Source: Chiloscyllium plagiosum (taxonomy: Eukaryota). Taken from it: a stretch of 61,246 nucleotides of DNA. The stretch is from positions 11,603,216-11,664,461 of the forward strand of contig NC_057719.1 in NCBI RefSeq assembly GCF_004010195.1. The letters are read 5' to 3'. This document shows positions 35,480 to 48,168 of this stretch, piece by piece. The position numbers and the translations under genes are program-made. Under the pieces are notes generated by a model. The model saw only the letters and a program-made list of their open reading frames with translations, was not told where the DNA came from and did no database searches. Positions within the stretch are counted from its first letter, which is position 1. Every line of letters starts with the position of its first letter.

Positions 35480-36440
35480 GTGGCTGTACAGGACATCGTT
35501 TCGGCCACTTGTGGAACACTGCATTCAGTTCTGGCCTCCCTGCCATAGAAAGGATGTTGTGAAACTTGGAAGTATTCAGAAAAGCTTTACACAGAAGTTG
35601 CCAGGGTTGGAGGGTTTGCGCTATAGGGAGAGGCTGAATACTCTGGGGCTGTTTTCTCTGGAACATCAGATGTGAGGGGTGACCTGATAGAGGTTTACAA
35701 AATCATGAGGGGCACAAATAGGATGAATAGCCAAGGTCTTTTCCCCAGGGTAGGGGAGTCCAAAACTTGGGGCATAGGTTTAAGGTGAGAGAGGAAAGAT
35801 TTAAAAGGTACCAAGGGACAACTCTTTCATGCAGAGGGTGGTTGCGTGTATGGAATGAGCTGGCAGAAGAAGTGTTGGAGGCTGGCACAATTACAACATT
35901 TAAAAGGCATCCGGATAAGTACATGAATGGGATGGGTTTAGAGGGATATGGGTCAAATACTGGCAAATGGGACTGGTTTAATTGAGGATATCAGGTCGGT
36001 ATGAATGAGTTCGACTGAACGGTCTGTTTCTGTGCTATATAACTCCATGACTCTATGTCTCTAAGTCATTCAACACCCTCCCACCTCCCCTCCCCCCCCA
36101 ACTTGTTCCAGCTTTCAATAAGGTCATGGTTGAGCTGATTGTAGATGAAGCGCCACTTTACTTCCTTCCCTCCAAGATCCTTAAACCACTTGCCAATGAA
36201 GAATCTATCTAACTTAACTCTAAATACATTCAGTGACCCAGCTCCATGTTCTTTAGGGAGGACAATTCCATGGATGAGTGACCCTCTGAGAAAAATGAAC
36301 TTTCCCTCATTTCAGTCTCAAATGGGAGATCCCTAATTTTTAAACTGTGTTCCCTAGTTCTGGATTCCACCGCAAGAGCAAATTTCCTCTCAGCATGTAC
36401 CCAGCCAAACCTCCACAGAACCTTATATATTTCATGTGGT
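35480..36440. mobile_element. Two CR1 3' fragments tail to tail (+ 35480-36060, - ~36065-36440)
   Basis: RPLVEHCIQFWPP...WNELAEE...GKWD on +; ESRTREHSLKIR on -. Confidence 0.85.
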
Positions 36441-36619
36441 TGGGATAATATTGGTGCACTGCACTGTTGCTTTGTCAGCACCGCTGTAAACACGCCCACA
36501 CACTTTGCATTATATCATTTTTCCGACCTTCTCTGTGGGTGTCTCAGTGGAACAAGATCTGATTTCAATGTTTGCTTTACTTTGTCAGTACCAGTCAGGT
36601 AAAACTAAAGTACTTCGAA

Positions 36620-36796
36620 CACTGGAGGTCTGAAATAAAAACAGAAAGTGCTGGTGAAACTCAGCAGATCTGCCAGCATCTGTGTCGATGTTAAAGTGGA
36701 AACAAAAAGAGTGATATTGGACTCGAAGTATTAACTTTGTTCGTCTCTCCAAAAATGCTGTGAGACCTGTGAAGCTTCTCCAGGCTTTTATTTCAG
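36620..36796. mobile_element. Fold-back PLE (family C) terminal relic
   Basis: CTGAAATAAAAACAGAAAGTGCTGGTGAAACTCAGCAGATCT...CAGCAT opposite ATGCTGTGAGACCTG...TTCTCCAGGCTTTTTATTTCAG. Confidence 0.65.
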
Positions 36797-36897
36797 TCAC
36801 CAATTATGGATTGCCATTAAAAGATGATAATATGACAACTTCCAGCTACTGCTGAGTGAAGCAATTCATTCGGTAATTATAAGGAAGATGAAAGTAA

Positions 36898-37215
36898 TAC
36901 TTGCACTTACATAGCATCTTGTGTGACATCAGAATATTCCAAAGTGCTTTACAGTCAATGAAATGCTTTTGAAGTTCAGTAACTGTTGTAAATGTAGTGC
37001 CAGTTATGCGCAGCAAGATTCCAAACAAGTTAACAGGGATAATGACCAGATGATCAGGTTCCAGTGATGTTGGTCAGGGGTAATTTGTGGCCAGGATGTA
37101 GCATGATGGAATTTTTCCCATCCAGTTGAGAAGTCAGAGACAGTTTCACATTTCATCTCAAAGATTGCTCCTCCAACAGTGCAGCTCTCTGTCAGCACCG
37201 CGCTTAAGTCTCAGT
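36898..37215 (-). mobile_element. Deu-domain SINE (SacSINE1/AmnSINE1-related)
   Basis: ACTTGCACTTACATAGC...CCAAAGTGCTTTACAGTCAATGAA...GATAATGACCAGAT...CCTCCAACAGTGCAGC resembles the reverse-complement Deu domain with an L2-type tail. Confidence 0.8.
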
Positions 37216-37764
37216 CAAGTTTTTTTATTCATTCACGGGATATGGGCATCTCTAGCAAGGCCAACGGTTATTGCCTGTTCCTAACAGCCCTTGGCTCTTT
37301 CACAGGGCAGTTAAAAGTCAACCACATTCAACTTTGGGTCTGGAGTCACATGCAGGCCAAACGAGTATGGAAAGCAGATTTACTTTTCTGAAGTGCATCA
37401 GTGAATCAGATGGATTTTTTTCAAAAGTGTATTTGGCAATTGTTTTCATTTACAAATAAAATTAATCGCGTTGTTACAATTGTATTGATGGTTGTGCCTT
37501 TGCTTTTGAGGTGCTAAATTGTACATACTTCATTTAAGTTACTCGGTCAAAATCCTGAATTTGTACAGCCAGGGATTGTCCCAGAAATGCAGTTAATGAC
37601 AATACATCTCCAGTCACAAGAATCCTAATTGCAACACTAAGTGAACAGGAAGCAGCCAGCACTCCCAGAGTGCATTGTGGCTAGGTTGTCAGGAGTATCT
37701 CAGGTGGTTGCAAGCACAGAAGAGGCAGTAGTGTGGTGGACATGGCATTATACAGGGCCATGAA

Positions 37765-38460
37765 GTGGTTCAGTGGTTAGCACTCCTGCCTCCCAGTGCT
37801 GGGGACCTATGGTTCATTCCCAGCCATGGGTGACTGTATAAGAACAATGAGCAGGAGTGGGTCAGCTGGCCATTCAAGCCTGCTCTGCTATTCAATAAGA
37901 TCATGGTTCATCTTTTTGTGGCCTCAGCTCCACTTACCCACCTTCTCACCGTACTCCTTAATTCCTTCATTGTTCAAAAAACACTATCTTAGCTTAAGAA
38001 ACATTTACTGAAGCAGCATCAACTACTTTACTGGCTGGGGAATTCCATAGATTTGCAAACCTCTGGATGAAGAAGTTCCTTCTCAATTCAATCCTAAATC
38101 TGCTTCCCCTAATTTTGAGGCTATGCCCTCTTGTCCTAGTGTCACCTGCCAGTGGAAACATCTTCTCTACACTTATCTTATCTATTCCCTTCACAATTTA
38201 ATATGTTTCTATAAGACTTCCCCTCATCCTTCTTATGTCGGATTTGCACATTCTCTGCGTGGGTTTCCTCCAGGTGCTCCGGTTTCCTCCCACAATCCAA
38301 AGATGTGCAGGTTAGGTGGATTAGCCATGGGAAATGCAAGGTAATAGCGGAAGTGGGGGGGGGTGGCGCCTGCTGGTGTCAGGGTGGAATACTCTTCTGA
38401 GGGATGGTGTGGACTCGATGGGTTGAATGATCTGCTTCCACATTGTAGGGATTGTATGAC
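37765..38460 (+). mobile_element. HE1 SINE split by a CR1 3' fragment (-, ~37838-38233)
   Basis: The SINE head stops at GGTGACTGT and resumes at GGATTTGCACATTCTC; the insert translates to GDTRTRGHSLKIRG...WNS. Confidence 0.85.
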
Positions 38461-39485
38461 AAGCAATCCAGAACCTTAGGGTAATGTTCTGGGGAATGTA
38501 CTGCAGAAAATGAAATTTGAATTCAATGGAAGTCTGGAATTAAAAGCTAGCCTCCAAACCAGAGTCAGGGAAGAAAGAGGTAAGAACAAAAGACAGAATA
38601 TGAAAAATGGTGTCGATACAATAAATGCCAGGAGCAGTTGCAGTTATAACAAATCAAACTAAGATACCTATTAAATCTTCCTATTGAGTAGAATGGGCTT
38701 TAGAAGATTATGAAGTGATCACATTGAAATGTTTAAGTGCATAAGGATGCGTTTGATAAGATTGTGGCTATGAAAGGATTAATCCATGAGCTAAAATGAA
38801 ACTGACTGTTCTGAAATATAACACAGTCACTGAGTGAAGCATCAGACAATAAGTAGGTATTGTCTCCTGATGGAGATCTTAACTACTTCTAGCTTGAGTG
38901 TTTTTGCATTAATACCATTTGTATTAAGTTAGTAAAATGTCATAAAGTATGAAGACAAGAACCTCTGCTCTGAGATTTATTCATGGTTTGTCTTCCACCA
39001 GAGACTAATTAAAAAGCCACTAACTTAGTATATGAAGGAGCATTGGCAACTACATTCTACTCCAACCCAAGCTATCAGTGGTACCCAACCATCACATTCT
39101 ACTATAACAGGCTTGGCAGGGTAGATGCTCAGAAGCTGATTTCCCTGGTTGGAGTCACACCTTCACAGAGTAAAGGGTTGATTATTTAGGACTGTGAGAT
39201 GAGGAGAAGGTCTTCCATCGGAATATTGTGAATCATTGGAATTCTCTACACCAGTGTGTTGTAAATACTCATTCGATGAGTGTTTCAAGATTGAAGTCAA
39301 TAGTCTTTTGACACCACAGGAGTCATGGGATATGATGTTTGGTTGGAAACTGGAGTTGCAATAGGAGATCAGCCATGACTGTTAGGTATAAAATAAAATT
39401 GAGAATCAAGAGGAATACTGAAAATTCACAGGGGAGGAGAAAAAGCGTGTAAGAGAAGTAAAGAGGAATTATGAATATTTCTGGT

Positions 39486-39698
39486 AAGATGGCAATAGAG
39501 TAGGATGCTGCAGCTGGAGTTGCTCTGTTCTGCCCATTCTTCTTCCTTTTCTTTCTTTTCCCCCTCTCTTCTCCCTTCTCTTGGCCTCGGACACCGGGCC
39601 CCGGCCTCTGAAGCGGGATCAGTGGTCGCCAGTGACCAGCTCAGTGTACTCACTTGAGTACATGTGACAATAAAGCTAATTCCGTTCAATTCAATTCA
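39486..39698 (+). mobile_element. Non-autonomous retroelement with AATAAA and (AATTC)n tail; a relative lies on - at ~50100-50650
   Basis: AAGATGGC start, TACATGTGACAATAAAGCTAATTC...AATTCAATTCA end; reverse-complement-like end at 50101-50150. Confidence 0.5.
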
Positions 39699-40067
39699 GT
39701 AAAGAAATCATAGTGGAACTCCTGTGGTGCAGTGGATGGCAACCCTATCTATGAGTTAGAGGCTCTGGGTTTAAGTTCTATACCCAGAATAGATGACCAA
39801 AGAAGGTGCATTGTAATATTTTCAAACAGGTTGGGTTTGTACCTGTAAATCCTTCTGATATGTTTGTAGGCGCGAGACAGTTTCCTGACCAGGTGGTGGC
39901 TGCAATGCAACAGTCTCCGCAGGTTAAAAAACTCCACGCACAAGCTGAATATCTCAACCTTGCGTTGTGGGAGAGCTAGAGAGACTCTCTGTTTTTATCA
40001 GGATGTGCATTGAATTAGTATCTATTGGAGAATTGAACCAAATGGATCAGAGACCACAAACAAGGAT

Positions 40068-41150
40068 TGTAGTGAAATTGACAAGCGGTTTAATTAAAGA
40101 AAGTGATATCGTGGAAGAGAAATTAACCAGGCTGACACAAAACTGATTCTCTGCACAGATGGCCAAATGCTCTTCCCAGCACGGAAAGTGCAGGCATGTT
40201 TTATAGGGGTGCAACACAAAGGTGATAATTGTAAAGCAGTTACAGTACAATGGTGAAAACTGTAAAGCGATTAAAACAAGAATAAACTGAATGGAAGTTA
40301 ATCAAGCATCTGGCAGTAGCAATTCATTTGTAATTGACACAGGAGATTCCAGCCATCTCCGTGAGTGGTCTTCTCGAGGATTCTTCATTGCATTTCCTAT
40401 CTGCCTGAATATGTGTAAATGTCCCTTCTCCTGGCGTTCAGGTGTGTCCATTGTGTCCCTCTTGTGAGCAAAGTCTTCCGGGATCTCTCAGTCTGCCTCT
40501 TTGTTTATGCTGTATCGGTTTCAATGGGAAAGGAACCTGCTCTTAGGGTGTTGGGACTGCAGTGCCACTTAGGGCTGGGAGCTGATTGTGAAAGCTGTTT
40601 TAGGAAGTGTCTTCTCTGGTCTGGGAGTAGCTTGGCCATGTCTGGTTTTTATGTTAGCCTGTTTGGCCAAGCCTGGGGCACTCTGGGTAGTTTCTGTATG
40701 TGTTGTCAGGCTTGATTTCTGTGTTTTGCAGGCCAGCTTCTGTGTTTTTTATGTGGCCATGCTGTGGGTGAGCAGGTTGGCAGATATTTTTCCCACAATA
40801 CCCCATTCGATAGATATAGTCAGCCATACAAAAGGCCATCTAGTATGCTGTAACCTGGACAACATTAGATCAGAAAACCAAGGCTGTATTATCTCCTTGT
40901 GAAAACAAAGACAAACCAGTCTGAGACGTTTGGGCAGATTAGGCCAGAATTTAAGGTGTGTCAGTCTCTTCACAATCATACAGCAAACTCGGCAGCCACA
41001 CCTTTTTGTTACAGAAGGTGAGGGACTGGTATCACATATCGCTAAAAATTATAAACTTAAAATGATTAAACTACCATTCAATGTTTAGGAATCAAAAAGG
41101 GGAAGCTAATGCTGTACGGCTTTAACAATAGCTTGCAACCTGTCACTACA
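40068..41150 (-). mobile_element. LTR-like element, 1083 bp
   Basis: Perfect TGTAGTGA...TCACTACA termini; minus-strand CTATAAAA (~40200) and ATTAAA (~40090); no TSD. Confidence 0.55.
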
Positions 41151-42482
41151 ACTTGGTATAGATTTTCCTGTGTGTACGCAGTTGTTATTCCTCGAAACAT
41201 CCTTAGTTTATAATTACAGGTTAGTTGAAATAAACTATTCCAGATCTTTGTACGTGGATCAAAATGTTTCTGGAGTTGCTTTGAAAGATAGAGTGAGAGA
41301 GGCTGGGGAAGAGATCACAATGAAGGAGGTCAGAGAGAGAGAAAGAAAGAGGGAAGGTGTTTATGTGTCTAACAGCTAAAGTGAAAACAACTTATAGTAG
41401 AGGTCACATCATTAGGGCAAGTCACCAGTGTACATTGTCTTTACAAATGTATCTCTTCAAATATTCTTGATCCTTTCTTGAACAAGGGGGTTACAACAGC
41501 AATCTTCCAATCATCCGGGACTTTCCCTGACTCCAGTGACTTTTGGAAGATCAAACCCTTCTCATAAAAAAATTCACACAAAATAATTTGCAATAAAACA
41601 TTTCCTGTTCTATAAAGAAAACCGTGTCGTCATTCTAGTCAGTCCTACCTTTTGTCTGTCACTGTGCACTCTTTCACAATCTCTCAAGTGCTCATGGCAC
41701 GTGTGCACTGTTTGGTATCTGCTCATTCTTGGACTGACTTTCCTTGTTGTTTTGGTGAGTGCTGTTGCCTTGTAACTATTGTTTAATTCTAATGAAAGCT
41801 GTTTTGTGTTCTGTGCCCATCATCAGCAGGGAGCCTGCACAGAGATTTACACTCTGATGACAAATTGGGCAAGAATTGCACTAAGTAGTTCACAGCTTTG
41901 ACAAATTGTTGCACCACTGGCAGCAGCTTCATGACTGCAAAACGCTACAGATCTCTCTGGCGGAGGTTACTGTTTTAGATTTGCGTCACCTGAACTCAAC
42001 TTCACTTAGACAAGAACTGAAATTGCTGGAGAAATTCAGCTGGTCTGGCAGCATCTGTGAAGGAAAAACGGAGTTAACTGTTTTGAGTCCATTGACCATC
42101 CTTCAGCTGACTACCTTAAACCTCTAAGAATATGCACGATTTCAGCTGCACACTTTCATCACCATGGATAAACCTTGCAATATTTTGAGCAAAGTGTCAT
42201 TTCATTGAATTTCCTGAGGGTTTCTCTCTGCAAGATACAATGAGCAATTGTATAATTTCATGCAAGTGTCCCAAGCTTGCCTCATTAACTCAGCACTATG
42301 TTCCAATGGTGCCTCTCTCCTCTGATGCTAGCCCGATTCTCACACTTACCATAACCAAACATGCACTCAGATGTCCCACATGTACCAACATCCCTGGCAC
42401 CAGTGTCTTGGTTAAAACATATTGTGCAACTGGTTAAACATTGGCATTTGTTCCTATATGGTTTCACACATTCTTCCCAGGC

Positions 42483-43430
42483 ATGGTAGAAAAGGGCAAA
42501 TTGCACCCTACTTTTCTCGACAGGGACGCCAAGGTCCTGATCAATGTGGTCATGAAGAGGAGGACACAGGACCACTAGATGAGACCTTGCCATCAGAGTC
42601 TGCCAGCCTGGTCTCAGTTTGGCCCCTTGGTCAGAGCAGTCCCCACTGCAGAGAGAAATGCAGTGAGAAAAAGATCCGGAGATGCCGGTGTTGGACTGGG
42701 GTGTACAAAGTTAAAAATCACACAACACCAGGTTATAGTCCAACAGGTTTAATTGGTGTGCTTCCAATTAAACCTGTTGGACTATAACCGGGTGTTGTGT
42801 GATTTTTAACTCAGAAAAAGATCAATAATCTTCATTGCTCTGCCAGGGTAAGTGCGAACATTTTCTCACTGCCACCTCACACTCACTCTATCTCTACCAC
42901 TGCACACACCACCCACCAAGGCTCATGCTCTATCATTCACACTGTTGCATGCAACATGTGCCCTCAATTGTTCTCACCCATTCAATCTGTCCAGATTACT
43001 AATCCTGCATGCCCTCTCGGCTTGCTCAGAGTTCTGCTCCAGCCGCTCCCCTCCGCGATGTCACCCCCTCCGTCACCACCGACAGGAAGAATACCAAGCA
43101 AAAGAGAAAGAAAGAAGATGAAATGGGTAAGGAAAGAAGGGAGGAAGCGGCTGCCTGGGGCAGACAGGCCCAGCAGCCTGAATGGTGCCTACCTTGCCAG
43201 CGCCGCTACCTTGTCTGAGAACTGTGCGACCCACTTTCAAATTAATCAATCTCTTCCTTTCTCTCATTTCAGGAGAAAACTGCCTAGAAAAGCACTGAAA
43301 GGGTCAGGATACATGCTGTGATGTACAGAATTTGACTCCTTGCCCCTAACCTCCCTATGAGAGGAGGATCTTGGTAATTGGCAGTGAAGGTTCGGATGCG
43401 CTCCAGTGGTGATGTGGAAACCACCATGTC
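42483..43430 (+). pseudogene. PIF/Harbinger transposon Myb/SANT-like gene remnant with an intron (42848-43272)
   Basis: Broken frames APxFS DRDAKVLINVVMKRR...PAWSQ...VRAV...ERNA...KKINNL..SAR|gtaagt...tttcag|EKTA*KSTER fit the Myb_DNA-bind_5/MSANTD pattern. Confidence 0.65.
42677..42812. mobile_element. Fold-back mini-PLE (family A) insertion
   Basis: 48-bp arms 42709-42756 and 42764-42811 (1 mismatch), 7-nt loop; TSD AGAAAAAGATC (42666-42676 and 42813-42823). Confidence 0.92.
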
Positions 43431-43474
43431 CCGGCAACTGTGTAACACACATTGTTTGATATCGTGCTACTCTC

Positions 43475-43925
43475 ATAGAACCGTACAGTACAGAAGAGGC
43501 CCTTCAGCCCATTAAGTCTGCACTGACAAAATCTGCTCTAAATCTACACTAGATCCACTTTCCAGGCTTAATAGCCATGAATGCTATGGGATTTCAAGTG
43601 CCCATCCAAGTACTTTTCAAAGTGTATGAGATTTCATGCCTCAAATGCATTCCAGACACCCAGCGCCCTTGGGATGAAAAATGCCTTCCTCAAATCCCCT
43701 CTAAACCTCTTGCCTTTCACCTGAAAATTACGCCCCCTTGTTATCGACCTTTCACAGGGGAACAGATGCTTTCTATCCACCCTGTCCATACCCCTCATAA
43801 TGTCGTACACCTCAACCAGGTCCTTTTTCAGCCTTCTCTGCTCAAAAGGAAACAAACTCAAGCTTATCCAGCCCCTCTTCACAGTTAATCTGCTCCATTC
43901 CAAGCAACATCATGGTGAATTACTT
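43475..43925 (-). mobile_element. CR1 LINE 3' fragment
   Basis: RRLKKDLVEVYDIMRGMDRV...WNA. Confidence 0.88.
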
Positions 43926-44519
43926 CTCCCATTGTTAACTTGCCACAGCTTGTGCCCCTTGGTTGTGACATTCAGGAACTTGTCTCCTACAGGCAACAGA
44001 GGCATGTTCACCTTGACCGCAGCCAAGAGAACCTGTCTACAAGGCATCTCCTCTACCACATTTGAGAGTGAAGCAGCATCAGTAAGAATGCATTCTGCAC
44101 CTCCCACCAGCTTAGGCACTAACACCTCGCTGGGTATTTTCTCCAGATTAGAGTTGGAAGAACCTGAGCACATCCCTGCCACATCTCCTCAGCTGGCCAA
44201 GGGAGAAATGTCCCAGTCCACCAGCACTTGGCAGACTGCCAGAGACCAAGCACCCAATCAGCCCCAGGACTCCATGGTGTTGGTGAGTATCACCTTCTCA
44301 CACAAAGATTGTGCGATTGCACCAACACTGCCGGCACATGTTATCTCAGACATATGTCCACGGACAGTTTGGTGGCTGCCACCAAAGCCAGGTCCAGCAG
44401 CAGTCTCAACTTCTCCTGGATATGCATACAAACCTGCATTCCGACGCTCTAGTCATTAGTGTTCAGGGAGCCCGAGGGACCTTGACCTCACTCCAACTGC
44501 CCTTTCCTCATAAACAGAC

Positions 44520-45360
44520 ATCCACATCCACAAACATCCACTCCCTCCACCACTGATGTAGTGTCTGCAACCTACAAGATGTACTGCAGAAATTCACCAA
44601 AGATCCTGAGGCAGAACCTTCCAAGCCCACGACCATTTCCATCTAGAAGGACAAGAGCAGCAGATACATGTACACAACTATATGCAAGTTCCCCTTCAAG
44701 CCACTCACCACACTGGAAATATATTGCCAATCCTTTGTTGTCACTGTGTCAAATTCTTGCAATTCCTTCTCCAACAGCATTGTGGGTCTACCTACACAAC
44801 ATAGATTACAGCCATAGAGTATAGAAATGTACAGCATGGAAACAGACGCTTCAGTCAACTCGTCCATGCTGACCACATATCCTAAATTAATCTAGTCCCA
44901 TTTGCCAGCATTTGGCCCATATCCCTCTAAACCATTCCCATTCATGTATTGATCCAGATGCCTTTTAAATGTTGTAATTGTACCAGCCTCCACCATGTCC
45001 TCTGGCAGCTTATTCCATACACGCACCACCTTTTGTATGAAAAACTTGCCCCTTAGCTCCCTTTTAAATCCTTCCCTTCTCACTGTAAAACTATGCCCTT
45101 CAGTTCTGAACTCCCCCATCCCAGGGAAAAGACCTCGCCTATTTACCCTATCCATGCCCCTCATGATTTTATAAACCTCCATTAAGTCACCCCTCAGCCT
45201 CCGATGCTCCATGGAAAACAGCTCCAGCCTATTCAACCTCTCCCTATAGCTCAAACCCTCTAACCCTGATTGCAGCGGTTCAAGGAGGCAACTCACCACC
45301 ACTTTCTCAAGGGCAACTGTGGACGAACAATAAATGCTGGATCAACCCAGTGAATTTTAA
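44520..45360. mobile_element. CR1/L2-clade 3' fragment (+) with a CR1 3' fragment (-, ~44812-45267) nested in it
   Basis: The host reads ...ACATAGATTACAGC | GATTGCAGCGGTTCAAGGAGGCAACTCACC; the insert is ORF 44892-45302. Confidence 0.85.
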
Positions 45361-45516
45361 AAGTCAGGATTGTGCCACTAAGCATCCAGATGGAGGGAGA
45401 ACACTGCATAAGCCTCCCAGAGGTTTCCTCTCAGGACACTCTAGAGATGGCCAGGCCTTAAGTCCCCAACCTGCCCTGCCACCCTCAACTTGGTGAGCTG
45501 ACGAGGGCATATTTGT

Positions 45517-47432
45517 GTACTTAACATGCATGATTTCTTCCGTGCTATAAAGACCACATATGGATCAAACACCCAACGCCCCACACCACTGTTGGCCAAA
45601 GATGGAATAACCCTTACCAAAGATAAAGAAGCCATCAAAAAATGCTTGGGGGGGCATTTCAGAGACCTCCACAACCAGGGGTCTGTTGTTGATCCAAGGG
45701 TTCTTGAACGCATTCCACAGGACACTACACGCTACAAGCTCTGCACCCAGCCTTGTATAAAGTAGAGAAGGCTGTCTGCCAGCTTAAGAACAACAAGGCT
45801 GCTGGAGCAGATGGTATTCCCGCTGAGACACTAAGGTGCGGAGGCAAAGAGCTCCTGCTGCAGCTACATGCTGTTGTCTCCCTTATCTGGAAGGAGGAGA
45901 GTATCCCGAGAGAGCTCTGAGATGTCACTGTTGGTTAGTATTTTCAAAAAAGGAAACACATCCGACGGTGGTAACTACAAGGGAATGTCCCTTCTGTTGG
46001 AAAAGTCATTTCCAAGGTCCTCGTCAACCTCCCTGTGGCTGAGGAACTCCTCCCAGAATTTCAGTATGGTTTTCAGCCACGGAGGGGCACAACAGACATG
46101 ACTTTCACCACACAACAGCTGCAGGAGAAATGCAGTTCGTTAACCATGGCCTTCTTTGATCTTACAAAGGCCTTTGACACCGTTAATTGGGAAACATTAC
46201 AGAACATCCTTCTCCGCTTGGGCTGAACCATGAAGTTTTTCACCATTCTTCGCTGGCTCAACAACAACCTGGAAGTTGTGGTAATGACAGATGGCTCAAC
46301 CACCGATGTATTCCCTGTTCGGACTGGTGTCAAGCAGGGCTGTGTCATCACCCCATCGCTGTTTTCCATCTACTTTGCTGCAAAACATCACCTCACCACT
46401 GACAAACTCCTTGATGGAGTGGAGCTAACCTACAGAACCAGCAGGAAATTATTCAACCAGCGCTGCCTTCAAGCCAAAACTGAAGTCTCCCCAACTAGTG
46501 TCATCAAGCTGCAGTATGCAGATAATGCTTGTGTATGCACAATCTCCGAGGATGTAGTCCGGACCATTGTCAGTGCCATTAGAGGGATATAAGGGCATGG
46601 GTCTCACCCTGAACATCCGCAGGATGAAGGACCTTCATCAATCTGGCCTGGCATTGAGAAGCAAAGCCCCAATCACCAAGATCCAGGGGGAGGTCTTAGA
46701 GAATGTTGACCATCTTCAATACTTCAGCAGTGTCCTGTCGGCCACCTGAGGAAAAGGGTGTTCAAGAACGACAACATCAGATCCGACATCAAGATCATGG
46801 AAAACAAAGCCATCATGGTTCTCATCCTTCAAATGGCTCTGAAACATGGACTTTCTATAGCAGACACCTCAAGGCGCTGGAGCAGTCCCACCAATGCTGC
46901 CTGCTCAAGATCCTGCAAATCCCCTGGGAATACAGAAGTGTCCTTGACCACACCAACATCCCCAGCATTAAGGCACTGACTGCCCTTGATCAGCTGGGAT
47001 GGGTTGGACACGTAGTCTGCATGACTGACACGAGACTTCCCAAGCCAATGCTCTACTTCCAGCTTTGAAATGGCAGGCCAGCTCTGGGTAGACAGAGGAA
47101 ATGCCTCAGGAATACCCTCAAGGCCTCACTGGGGAAGTGCAGCATTCCCACTCTCACCTGGGAATATCACTGGCCCAAGACTGTTCAAAATGGAGGAGGA
47201 GCATCTGGGAAGGCTTCGAGCACCCCAAGGCCAGCCGTCGCATTAGAATTAAGGTTAGAAGCCAAGCGAAAACAGCGAAAATAATGCCCCTTCCCATGAC
47301 CACCATCAGCCCCAAGTGTAACAGAGCCTGCAGTAGGTGCATCAGTCTGTACAGCCACCTACAGACTCACCCTGAGAGTGGGACAGAGTCATCCTCATCT
47401 GTGAGGGACTGCCAATGATGATAATGGTGATG
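45517..47432 (+). mobile_element. RTE-clade LINE, 5'-truncated and inactivated
   Basis: FFRAIKTTYG, NNKAAGADGIPAE, QYGFQPRRGTTDMTF, DLTKAFDTVN, GVKQGCVITPSLF, YADN, RLPKPMLY; (TGA)n-like tail. Confidence 0.92.
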
Positions 47433-47639
47433 ACTTGCCTCAGAGCAGGACACACTCAGCTTGTCTGGGCTGTCTAGACAGAAAGGGTTATCTGACCAAA
47501 ACTCCAAAGCCAATGAGCTACAGGCTCCCTTCACCACAGCTTCACACTGTGGCACTGCACTGAGATGGTGTGGGAGAGAGAGAAAGAAGGAGTCCTTCTC
47601 AGGACACATAGGTGGCATAGTGTAAACATGTTTCCACAT

Positions 47640-48168
47640 TTGTAAATATATCTTTGGAAAGAAATACCAGTATGTGAAGCAGTCCAGAGAAGTTTCACTA
47701 GGTTGATCCCATGTGAAGGAACTGTCTTATGAGGAGAGGTTGAGTAGGTTGGGCCTGTATTCATTAGAACTTAAAAGAAAGAGAGATGACTTTATTGAAA
47801 CGTATAAGATTTTGGGAGACTTGACAGGGTAATTGCAGAAAGGTTGTTTCCCTTTGTGGGAGAGTCTAGGAGCAGAGGGCATAATCTCAGAACAAGGAGT
47901 AGCCTATTTAATACAGAGATGAGGATGAATTTCTTCACTTGGGCAGTTGTGAATCTGGGGAACTCTTTACCAGAGAGGGCTATTGAGTTAGGGTCCTTAA
48001 GTAAATTCAAGGCCTGTGATAGACAGACTTTTAATCAGTAAGAGAAATCGAGGGATATAAGGAAAAGACAGGAAAGTGAAGTTCAGGATTATCAAGTCAG
48101 CCATGATCTCATTGAATGGCAGAGGGGATTTGATGAGCTAAACCGCTTTTATGTCTTATGGTCTTATG
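47640..48168 (+). mobile_element. CR1 LINE 3' fragment
   Basis: GESRSRGHNLR...NFFTWAVVNL; TCTTATG tail. Confidence 0.88.

Noticed and set aside
43800..44459. 219-aa ORF as a host gene
   Set aside because: It begins in antisense CR1 and continues into probable Harbinger relic sequence, with no recognisable domain.
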